In this document: piece by piece, positions 16,776 to 24,764 of the stretch
Layout: each line of letters opens with the position of its first letter
Position numbering within the stretch: position 1 is the stretch's first letter
Origin: an uncultured Desulfobacteraceae bacterium
GTDB lineage: Bacteria > Desulfobacterota > Desulfobacteria > Desulfobacterales > UBA5616
DNA length: 37,806 nt
Direction: 5' to 3'
Assembly: GCA_964440555.1 (NCBI GenBank)
Contig: CAYTSY010000012.1
Location: 1 to 37,806, forward strand
Translations under genes and position numbers: made by a program
Notes under the pieces: model-generated
Seen by the model: only the letters and a program-made list of their open reading frames with translations
The model's database searches: none
Told to the model about the DNA's origin: nothing

Positions 16776-18535
16776 AACGTCTCGCATTCTTATATTTCCT
16801 TTGGATATTGCTGACGGGCTGCTTTGAGGCACAGGCGTCATGGGTGATTGATCCCGACCGTTTCCATGCCTCGGTTCATGGACAGACCACCTGCGTCGAA
16901 TGCCATGGGACCATGGCAAAGGATAAGCCTCATCCGGATCCGGGAAATGTAAATAACAAAATCGAAGATTTTTTTACTCCCGATACCTGCGCCGGGTGCC
17001 ATGAGACGGTTGAGGATTACCTTGAAGCCGGGACTCACGGCGGGGTCGATGTCGGGAAACCCGAAGATATCCGAAATTGCATCCGTTGCCATGATCCGCA
17101 TTATGAGCGCACCGCAGCCGCCGGCGATACGAAATTTGATCCGGCGGTTCCCATTGACCGGCAATGCGGGGCCTGCCATGATGCCCGGGAGCAACTGCCG
17201 GCGCCGGCCAAAAACGACATCGCGTGTTTGTCCTGTCACCGGCGTTTTAAATCGGGACAGCCCGAAGAAGTAAAACGGGAAGCCTCGCTTTGCTTTTACT
17301 GTCATGCCGGGGAAAATGCCGCCGATTTGTCGGCATCCATTCCATTTATCGATGCCAAAGGCCATAGCCGGACGCCCCATGGCAATTTATCCTGCCGGAC
17401 ATGCCACCCGAAATCGGCTCAATACGGTCATGCAAATCAGCCGGTTACGAATTGCCGCGCGTGTCACCTTCCCCATGACGAAAAAGTCGCCCATGACGCT
17501 CATATTCCGGTTTCGTGCGAAGCCTGCCATTTGACCGGTGTTTCCGCGCGGAGAAATAATACAAACGGACGGATCGAGGCTGTCAGGAACCGCTTTGGCG
17601 GATCAGCCGGAAACATTCACCATATGGCCATAACCGATAAAGAGGCGTCCTGCGGCAGGTGCCATTATTCAGGAAATACTGTCGGCGCATCGGCCATGGT
17701 GCTTCCGGCCAAAAGCATACTGTGTATGCCCTGCCATACGGCGACGTTTTCCGTGGGAGACACTGTGACGCTGTTGTCTCTGGCGGCTTTTGGCCTGGGA
17801 ATCTTTTCCCTGATGGTTGCGCTGCTTTCCGGCGGTTATGGCGATGGTGCGCCCAAAGGCCGGGCCGTAACGCTGGCTTTGGCCCTGCGGGATGCGGCAT
17901 CGACGATATTTTCCCGTAAAATCGGCGTCATCTCTAAATCCCTGGTCTTCGATGCCCTGCTCCAGAGGCGGCTTTTTGCCCAATCCCCATCCCGATGGGG
18001 GATTCATGCACTGATATTCTATCCGTTTGTCCTGCGTTTTTGCTGGGGGATGGTTGCTCTGATCCTTTCTCTTGTATATCCCCAAGGGGCGTTGACGCGG
18101 ATCTTGCTGGACAAAAATCATGCGGTTACCGGGCTTGTATTCGATCTGACCGGGCTGACGGTTTTATTGGGGGTCGGTCTGGCGGTTGCCCTGAAGAGCC
18201 GCAGGCCTGCCGAACAGTTTACGGGGCTGCCGAAAACGGATTGGGCCGCATCAGCCCTGCTGGGCGGCATCGTGGTGGTGGGGTTTGTCCTGGAGGGGAT
18301 GAGGATCGCCATGACCGGATTTCCGGCAGGCGATTCATGGGCGTTTTTGGGATACGCCATTGCCAAAACATTTGCCGGCATGACCGGGCTGTCCGATATT
18401 TACGGTTATATATGGTATCTGCATGCGGTGTTGACCGGGCTATTTATGGCGTACCTGCCCTTCAGCCGGATGCTGCACATGATTGTTGCACCGGTCGTCC
18501 TGGTGATGAACCGGTTAAAAGAAGAAAGGAAATAA
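16772..18535 (+). CDS. Fusion protein: signal peptide, 11-haem c-type cytochrome domain and C-terminal NarI/DsrM/HdrE-like membrane (cytochrome b-type) domain
   Basis: Eleven CXXCH motifs are present (CVECH, CAGCH, CIRCH, CGACH, CLSCH, CFYCH, CRTCH, CRACH, CEACH, CGRCH, CMPCH). They are followed by about 6 predicted TM helices ending in YLHAVLTGLFMAYLPFSRMLHMIVAP. This resembles the NarI-family FSRLxHxxxxP motif, with two His 18 residues apart. The start overlaps the lipA stop (ATGA). Confidence 0.85.
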   Translation: MKRLAFLYFLWILLTGCFEAQASWVIDPDRFHASVHGQTTCVECHGTMAKDKPHPDPGNVNNKIEDFFTPDTCAGCHETVEDYLEAGTHGGVDVGKPEDIRNCIRCHDPHYERTAAAGDTKFDPAVPIDRQCGACHDAREQLPAPAKNDIACLSCHRRFKSGQPEEVKREASLCFYCHAGENAADLSASIPFIDAKGHSRTPHGNLSCRTCHPKSAQYGHANQPVTNCRACHLPHDEKVAHDAHIPVSCEACHLTGVSARRNNTNGRIEAVRNRFGGSAGNIHHMAITDKEASCGRCHYSGNTVGASAMVLPAKSILCMPCHTATFSVGDTVTLLSLAAFGLGIFSLMVALLSGGYGDGAPKGRAVTLALALRDAASTIFSRKIGVISKSLVFDALLQRRLFAQSPSRWGIHALIFYPFVLRFCWGMVALILSLVYPQGALTRILLDKNHAVTGLVFDLTGLTVLLGVGLAVALKSRRPAEQFTGLPKTDWAASALLGGIVVVGFVLEGMRIAMTGFPAGDSWAFLGYAIAKTFAGMTGLSDIYGYIWYLHAVLTGLFMAYLPFSRMLHMIVAPVVLVMNRLKEERK

Positions 18536-18539
18536 GAAA

Positions 18540-18962
18540 ATGGAAATTGAAGGCTACACCCTGCCGGAGGATTTGTATTACGAGGAAAACCATTACTGGG
18601 TAAGGGTTGAAGGCGATATTTTGGTGATGGGAATGGATGATTTTGCCCGGAAGATGGCCGGCGACATCGTGTTTGTAAAGCTGCCGCCGGAAGGCAAAAC
18701 GATTGAAAAAGGAAAAAAATTCGCCCAGGTGGAGTCAGGAAAGTGGCTGGGCAAGGTTTATGCCCCGGTGAACGGTGAACTGGCGGGGGTAAACGAGGAA
18801 CTGGAAACCAATCCGGGCCTGATCAATCAGGATTGCTACGGCAAAGGCTGGATGTATAAAATTAAACCTGCTGATATGGCGGAAATAAACACCCTGATCC
18901 ATGCGCCGGGAGACATCGAGAAATGGGTCCTGGCCGATATCGAGAAGTATAAGCAGGACTGA
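18540..18962 (+). CDS. GcvH-fold lipoyl-carrier-like protein
   Basis: 140 aa with the H-protein pattern YYEENHYWVRVEGDILVMGMDDFA...VESGKWLGKVYAPVNGEL...NPGLINQDCYGKGWMYKIK. The lipoyl-lysine position is retained (K68, codon 18741-18743). It starts 4 nt after the cytochrome gene. Confidence 0.85.
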   Translation: MEIEGYTLPEDLYYEENHYWVRVEGDILVMGMDDFARKMAGDIVFVKLPPEGKTIEKGKKFAQVESGKWLGKVYAPVNGELAGVNEELETNPGLINQDCYGKGWMYKIKPADMAEINTLIHAPGDIEKWVLADIEKYKQD

Positions 18963-18963
18963 T

Positions 18964-20151
18964 ATGCCGGATAAAAATTATTCTGTCGGGGATTTGCTGG
19001 CCATGGAGGCCTGCACCAGGTGCCGCCTCTGCGCGGAGGTCTGTCCGGCGGTTCTGGCGTCGCAAAACGGGCGGTTGTCCGGGGTGTATCGCCTGGAAGA
19101 ACTGCGCAGGATCACCCGCAAACGCTCGGGATTGCTCTCTCGCTTTTTCGGCCGGAAACCGCTTTCCCCGGAAAAAATGAAACCTTTCAGCGAGACGGTT
19201 TTCAGATGCACGTTGTGCGGCAACTGCCAGGAAGTCTGCCCCGTCGGGATTCATTTGAAGGATATCTGGCTTTTGCTTCGTCAGGACCTGGTTTCCTCAC
19301 AGGCCTACCCGAAACAGATCGACCGGATACGGGACAACCTGTTTAAAAGCCACAATGTATTTAATGAAGACAACGAAGAGCGGGCCGACTGGGTTGAGGA
19401 TATGGATGATCCGCCGGATCACGGGTTTATCCGGGATAACGCCGAGGTTGTTTATTTTACCGGATGCGTAAGCGCCTACTTCCCCATGGCCCAGCAGATT
19501 CCCATATCTTTGGCAGAAATTTTTACGGCCGCAGAAGTGGACTTCACCTTATTGGGCGAAGACGAATGGTGCTGCGGTTTCCCCCTGCTGGGCGCGGGAC
19601 TCAAGGGCCGTTCGGCTGATATTATCGCTCACAACGTGGAAGCGGTCCGGAAAAAAAATGCCAAAACCGTGGTATTTGCCTGCCCGTCGTGTTTTCAGAT
19701 GTGGCAGGAACATTACCCCCCTGAATTTGAAATGATTCATGTCACGCAGTACCTGCACCGGCTGATTCAGGACAACCGCCTCCCGTTTCGGCCCCTGAAC
19801 CTGAAAGTCACCTATCATGATCCATGCGACCTGGGCCGAGGCGCCCGCGTGTTTGATGCGCCCAGGGAAGTGATCCGCAGCATTCCCGGCGTGCAGCTCA
19901 TTGAAATGGAACATAACCGGGAGAATTGCCGGTGCTGTGGAGGAGGGGGAAACCTCGAAATGATCGATGCCGGTCTTTCCGGGGACATTGCCGGCCAAAA
20001 AATCCGGGAGGTCCTGAAAACCGGCGCTGATGCCGTGGTCACGTCCTGTCAGCAATGCGTGCGCACCATGAAGACCTATGCACGCCGGAATCAGGTGGAT
20101 CTTAAAGTCATGGACATCACGGAGTTTTTGAAAGACGCCCTGAAGCATTAA
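18964..20151 (+). CDS. HdrD/DsrK-like iron-sulfur protein (two 4Fe-4S ferredoxin motifs plus two CCG domains)
   Basis: CTRCRLCAEVCP and CTLCGNCQEVCP are present. CCG domain 1 reads ...FTGCVSAY...WCCGFPLL. CCG domain 2 has a complete CX35CCX36CXXC signature (CDLGR...CRCCGGGG...SCQQC). ATG 18964 lies 1 nt after the GcvH-like stop, and the longer ORF-track start (18901) overlaps that gene. Confidence 0.85.
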   Translation: MPDKNYSVGDLLAMEACTRCRLCAEVCPAVLASQNGRLSGVYRLEELRRITRKRSGLLSRFFGRKPLSPEKMKPFSETVFRCTLCGNCQEVCPVGIHLKDIWLLLRQDLVSSQAYPKQIDRIRDNLFKSHNVFNEDNEERADWVEDMDDPPDHGFIRDNAEVVYFTGCVSAYFPMAQQIPISLAEIFTAAEVDFTLLGEDEWCCGFPLLGAGLKGRSADIIAHNVEAVRKKNAKTVVFACPSCFQMWQEHYPPEFEMIHVTQYLHRLIQDNRLPFRPLNLKVTYHDPCDLGRGARVFDAPREVIRSIPGVQLIEMEHNRENCRCCGGGGNLEMIDAGLSGDIAGQKIREVLKTGADAVVTSCQQCVRTMKTYARRNQVDLKVMDITEFLKDALKH

Positions 20152-20153
20152 TT

Positions 20154-21377
20154 TTAATTTTTCAACATTTTTTTCGTCCTCACCCCCAACGCCCCTGCAA
20201 TGGCCGTCAGCAGAATGAACAAAAAAAATACCGGTACATAGGAGCCCGCATAATCATAGACGGCCCCGGCCAGCCATGCGCCGATTCCCGCACCGAAGAT
20301 ATTAAACAGGCTTAAGATGCCGAAAATCGAACCGAAATAGGCCAGACCAAAGCAATCGGCCGTCAATGCGGGGTTGATCATCAGCGGAGCGCCGATGGCA
20401 TAGCCGTAAATCAGCGCAAAAACAACCGCCACCAAAAGGGTATTGGATTTCATCAGGATAAGAATGCCGATAATAATGACGGCGCAGGCCAGGACCACGA
20501 CTCTTCGAATTCCCCAGCGGTCTGCGAAAATCCCCATGGACACTTTGCCCAAAACCGTCATCGCGGAAATAATGCTGATGATCATTCCGGCAGTGATTTG
20601 TGCATGACCGATGTCCGTCAGATACGGTATCAGGTGAAGCCCCAGCCCCATTCCCACCATCCCCAGGAGGAACATCATTGCGGAAATCAGCCAAAATGAT
20701 CCGGTTTTAAGCGCAGGGCCAACCGGCAAACCGGCCTGCAGAACAGGCCCCGCCTGCGGGACAATGACGCCGCCGTCGGGTTTCAATCCCATATCCGATG
20801 GGCTTGTCTTGATAAAAATAAAGCAAAGGGGCGCCATGGAAAGGATGACCCACCCCATGATGAAGTATGAGGCCCGCCAGCCCCAATTGACCACGATCCA
20901 GCTCGTAACGGGCACCATGACCATCGATCCCAGACCGGTTCCCGTCATCACGATGCCGAGCGCCCTCCCCCTTTTTAAATTAAACCAGTTTGAAATAACC
21001 AGAGAAATGGGGATCAGCGTAGTTCCGGCCTGTCCGGCGCCGCTGATCATGAATAAAAGATAAAAAGCCCACAGGGACTGGGCCTTTGATAATCCCAGGG
21101 TGCAGGCGCCGATAATCAGCGCCCCCACGGTCATGATGAGTCTTGCGCCGATCCGGTCGATCAGTCGTCCCACCAAAGGGGCCATGATTCCCATGCAAAG
21201 CGACGCCAGGGTAAGTCCCATGGAAAATTGCGCCCTTGTCCACCCCATGGCCGTGGAAACCGGTTTGACGTAAACCGTGAACGTGTTGACCGATATCCCG
21301 AAGACGATGAAGTTGATCACAAAACACACGGCCACGATAAACCAGCCGTAAAATATTTTTGTTTCCTTGCTTGTCAT
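20154..21377 (-). CDS. MFS transporter (oxalate/formate antiporter-like family)
   Basis: 407 aa with about 12 predicted TM helices. The N-terminus KIFYGWFIVAVCFVINFIVFG and the loop motif GRLIDRIGAR are typical of OFA-type MFS proteins. Confidence 0.85.
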   Translation of the reverse strand: MTSKETKIFYGWFIVAVCFVINFIVFGISVNTFTVYVKPVSTAMGWTRAQFSMGLTLASLCMGIMAPLVGRLIDRIGARLIMTVGALIIGACTLGLSKAQSLWAFYLLFMISGAGQAGTTLIPISLVISNWFNLKRGRALGIVMTGTGLGSMVMVPVTSWIVVNWGWRASYFIMGWVILSMAPLCFIFIKTSPSDMGLKPDGGVIVPQAGPVLQAGLPVGPALKTGSFWLISAMMFLLGMVGMGLGLHLIPYLTDIGHAQITAGMIISIISAMTVLGKVSMGIFADRWGIRRVVVLACAVIIIGILILMKSNTLLVAVVFALIYGYAIGAPLMINPALTADCFGLAYFGSIFGILSLFNIFGAGIGAWLAGAVYDYAGSYVPVFFLFILLTAIAGALGVRTKKMLKN

Positions 21378-21392
21378 GCGCGGACTCCTTTT

Positions 21393-21451
21393 TGAATTGG
21401 GGTGAATCGGGAACAGTTGGCTGTTAACCGTGGACCTTGAACTGTGAACTG
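21393..21451. repeat. Related heptamer element (TGAATTG, TGAATCG, TGAACTG x2) between meaB and the MFS gene
   Basis: Read directly. It shares GTGAATC-N2-GA-N2-AGTTGGCT with the copy at 29415-29442. Confidence 0.7.
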
Positions 21452-21488
21452 CGACGGATCGGATGAACCTCTTTTAGCGGCTTTGTGA

Positions 21489-22415
21489 TTACAATATGTC
21501 GCGCTTAACCGTTTGGCATAGTGCGTCGGTCAATTGCTCAAAGCCGGAAAACGGATTGGCCATGTCATAGCGTTCTATTTTTTTGAAAACGTGCGCTTCA
21601 CCGCCTAAGCGGTCAATGCCGAAACTGCCGAAACGCTCCTGAAAAAGCAAAAAAATCCAATAGATGCGATGCCGGCGGCGAAGTTCTGCCATGCCGTGTT
21701 GGGCAAGGTGATGATAGTGGGCGCTGCATGCACAGACCAAGTTGTCCTGGCCCCAGCCTTCCAGGGCCGACGTCATCAGTGCTTCCGGCTTCCAGCCCTG
21801 GTCATCGGTCCGGTTAAATGATCCGATGGCCTTTAAATCGTTGTATGCTTTAAGCGCCAGTGATTTTTGATCCGACTTATTGATCACCAGGATATGGGGA
21901 ATCTCCATGATTCCGGCTTTCATAAACTGAAGGGCGTCTCCGGAGCCGGGCTGAACCACGAAAATCACCGTGTCCACCACTTCATCGATTTCCGTCTCAG
22001 ATTGCCCCACGCCCACGGTTTCAATGAGGATCACATCAAAAGCCGCTTCAAAGACCGTGAGACAATGACGGGTTCGCCAGGCCAGCCCGCCGAGATGCCG
22101 GCCCGCCGCCATGCTTCGGATAAAAATGCCCTGATCCGTCGGATCATAGCTGATGCGGGCCCGGTCTCCGAGCAATGCGCCCCCGCTTTTCCGGCTGCTG
22201 GGATCAACAGAGATCACGCCGACCGTCTGATTTCGTTGACGGTACTCGCGGATAACTCTGGAAATCAGCGTGGATTTGCCGACTCCCGGAGGACCGGTAA
22301 TGCCGATGACATGACGGCCCGGCCGGGCCTGCAGGCTCAAGCGCTCAATCAACGCCTTTATGCGGTCAAATTCCTCCGGCCTTGAATTTTCAAGGAGGTT
22401 GAGGGCCCGGGCCAC
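21489..22415 (-). CDS. meaB: MeaB/ArgK-type G3E GTPase (methylmalonyl-CoA mutase-associated chaperone family)
   Basis: P-loop GITGPPGVGKST, ETVGVGQSE and VINKSDQ are present. The annotated start is GTG 22415, but homology appears to continue upstream (see findings). Confidence 0.85.
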   Translation of the reverse strand: MARALNLLENSRPEEFDRIKALIERLSLQARPGRHVIGITGPPGVGKSTLISRVIREYRQRNQTVGVISVDPSSRKSGGALLGDRARISYDPTDQGIFIRSMAAGRHLGGLAWRTRHCLTVFEAAFDVILIETVGVGQSETEIDEVVDTVIFVVQPGSGDALQFMKAGIMEIPHILVINKSDQKSLALKAYNDLKAIGSFNRTDDQGWKPEALMTSALEGWGQDNLVCACSAHYHHLAQHGMAELRRRHRIYWIFLLFQERFGSFGIDRLGGEAHVFKKIERYDMANPFSGFEQLTDALCQTVKRDIL

Positions 22416-22466
22416 GGACAGTTTGTTCCCGGAAGAAATGTCGTCAATGCGATTGATGTCGATGTC

Positions 22467-23348
22467 TCACTTTACCGTGCTTTTCAAAGTTCCATCTGCA
22501 TTATACTCATACCAGCCTTTTCCGGTCTTCCGCCCCAGATGGCCGGCCAGCACTTTTCTGCGAAGGATCGTAGGCGGATAAAACCGGAAGTCCTTTTCCT
22601 CTTCATACACGTTGTTGTAGGCCATCAACTGAACATCGAGACCGACCAGATCGCTGGTTTCAAGGGGGCCCATCTTCCGGCCAAAGGCCAGCCTGGCGCC
22701 CTTATCAATATCTTCAGGCGTAGCCACCCCGTTTTCCACCAGGCGCATGGCCTCCATATTGGTCAGCATGTTCATCCGGTTTAAAACAAAGCCGGCGATA
22801 TCGCGATAAACCATAATGGGTTCCTTGCCGATAAACCGGACAAAATCGGCGCCCGCTTCCAATGTCTGGTCGCTGGTGCAAATGCCTTTGATGACTTCGA
22901 CCGCCATCATCATGGGGACCGGATTAAAAAAATGAACCCCGACAAACTTTTCCGGTTTTCGGGTTGCGGCCGCGAGCTGGCTGATGGGGATGGCGGATGT
23001 ATTGGAGGCTACGATGGCGTTCGGGCTGATGACGTCATCGAGTTTTTTGAACAATTCATGCTTGACGTTGATATTTTCAAACACGGCCTCGATAACCAGA
23101 TCTGCGTCCTGGGCCGCCTTTACGTCCAATACCGGGATGATGCGCGCCATCACCTGGTCGAGGGTGTCTGATATTTTCTGTTTTTCAACGAGCTTGGATA
23201 CCGACCAGCGGATTTTTTTAACGGCATTGTCCAGTAACTCCTGCTTGATATCGTACATCACGACCGATAATCCGTGCTGAGCGCAAACCTGGGCAATTCC
23301 GTTTCCCATGGTCCCGCATCCCGCAACAAAAACTTTTTTAAATTCCAT
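22467..23348 (-). CDS. hbd: 3-hydroxybutyryl-CoA (3-hydroxyacyl-CoA) dehydrogenase
   Basis: Rossmann motif KVFVAGCGTMGNGIAQV is present, along with SNTSAIPIS, HFFNPVPMM and the C-terminal GRKTGKGWYEY. Confidence 0.92.
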   Translation of the reverse strand: MEFKKVFVAGCGTMGNGIAQVCAQHGLSVVMYDIKQELLDNAVKKIRWSVSKLVEKQKISDTLDQVMARIIPVLDVKAAQDADLVIEAVFENINVKHELFKKLDDVISPNAIVASNTSAIPISQLAAATRKPEKFVGVHFFNPVPMMMAVEVIKGICTSDQTLEAGADFVRFIGKEPIMVYRDIAGFVLNRMNMLTNMEAMRLVENGVATPEDIDKGARLAFGRKMGPLETSDLVGLDVQLMAYNNVYEEEKDFRFYPPTILRRKVLAGHLGRKTGKGWYEYNADGTLKSTVK

Positions 23349-23523
23349 GCCAAAATCCTCCTTTTATTCGGAATTTTTAAGATTATCTACACGCATAACA
23401 ATTTCCGGTATGATATGCAAATTGTATTTCGCGTCCATCCGGAAATGGTATCTGTTGACTCAGCGCCTGCCTTTTGTTATGCCCTGCTGAACTTAATCTT
23501 GATAAGAAAAGGATGGGCAGCCC

Positions 23524-23943
23524 ATGGAAAGAACATTATCGATTATCAAACCCGACGGCGTCGGACGAAAACTCACCGGCGACGTGATCCGGATGCTTGA
23601 GCAAAACAATTTACACATCATCGCGATGAAAATGATCCGGATGGGCAAACCCCAGGCCGAGGGATTTTACGCGGTTCATCGGGAACGGCCTTTTTTTAAA
23701 AGCCTGACGGCGTTTATGACGTCCGGCCCCGTGGTGGTTATGGTTCTTGAAGGCGAAAACGTGATCGAAAGATACAGAAAGCTGATGGGGGCCACCAATT
23801 ACAAGGACGCCGAAGAAGGCACCATCCGAAAGGCGTTTGCAACCGACATTGAAAAAAATGTGGTTCACGGGTCCGATTCGCCTCAGACCGCGGCCTTTGA
23901 AATCGGCTATTTTTTCAACAGCTTTGAAATTGTGGGCGGATGA
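23524..23943 (+). CDS. ndk: Nucleoside diphosphate kinase
   Basis: [13 protein letters not shown]..., the active-site NVVHGSDS and a 139-aa length all fit. Confidence 0.97.
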   Translation: MERTLSIIKPDGVGRKLTGDVIRMLEQNNLHIIAMKMIRMGKPQAEGFYAVHRERPFFKSLTAFMTSGPVVVMVLEGENVIERYRKLMGATNYKDAEEGTIRKAFATDIEKNVVHGSDSPQTAAFEIGYFFNSFEIVGG

Positions 23944-24713
23944 CGGAAAAAAATCGCCTGGACCATATTTCAATCGTATTGCATAAGCCCCGGTTTCCGG
24001 AAAATATCGGCGCCGCGGCCCGGTCCGCCATGAATATGGGCATCGGGCAAGTCGTGGTCGTTGATCCGGCCAATTATGATCTTGAAAAGGTTCGCATGAT
24101 GGCTACCCACGCGGCAGCCGATGTCGTGGAAAAGATAATCCTGCGCCAGCACCTGAAAGAGGCGCTGGCCGATTACAGTTGCGTCGTGGGCACCACTGCC
24201 CGTTTGGGAAAGGAACGCCCGGGTATTTACAGTCCTTCTCAGATGGCACAAAAACTTGTTCCCATTTCCCGGGAAAATCAGGTTGCAATCGTTTTCGGGC
24301 CGGAAGACCGCGGGCTTGCCAACGAAGACATCCGGTTGTGTCATTATCTGGTCAATATCCCGACAGCCGGGTTTTCTTCAATCAATCTGGCTCAGGCCGT
24401 GATGATCCTGTGTTATGAAATTTTTTCGGCCGCAATTGAAAAGGACGACCCATTCGTCCCCCGGCTGGCCAACCGGTACGAATTGGACGGCATGTACGAT
24501 CAGCTTAAGGAGATACTGATCCGGATCGATTACATCAAGCCGGACAACCCGGATTACTGGATGAACCATATCCGCCGCTTTTTTTCCAGAACCGGCCTGA
24601 GGGCCGGGGAAGTCAGCATTATCCGGGGGGTGTGCCGACAAATCGACTGGTACGGAAAAAAATGCTGCCAGGATGGGTTACGCAATAAAAACAAAAACAT
24701 CCCTCCCTCCTGA
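23940..24713 (+). CDS. SpoU/TrmH-class RNA 2'-O-methyltransferase, TrmJ-like
   Basis: [34 protein letters not shown] and the INLAQAV knot motifs are present. The start overlaps the ndk stop (ATGA at 23940-23943). Confidence 0.85.
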   Translation: MTEKNRLDHISIVLHKPRFPENIGAAARSAMNMGIGQVVVVDPANYDLEKVRMMATHAAADVVEKIILRQHLKEALADYSCVVGTTARLGKERPGIYSPSQMAQKLVPISRENQVAIVFGPEDRGLANEDIRLCHYLVNIPTAGFSSINLAQAVMILCYEIFSAAIEKDDPFVPRLANRYELDGMYDQLKEILIRIDYIKPDNPDYWMNHIRRFFSRTGLRAGEVSIIRGVCRQIDWYGKKCCQDGLRNKNKNIPPS

Positions 24714-24764
24714 CCCTCACCTGCCTTCAGGCCCTCGCTTTATCCCGATTCTTCAAAAATTTCA

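Noticed and set aside
22467-22469. TGA between hbd and meaB as a selenocysteine codon.
   Set aside because: Hbd ends at its normal C-terminus (GKGWYEY... plus a short tail). No SECIS-like hairpin follows immediately, and neither family is known to use Sec.
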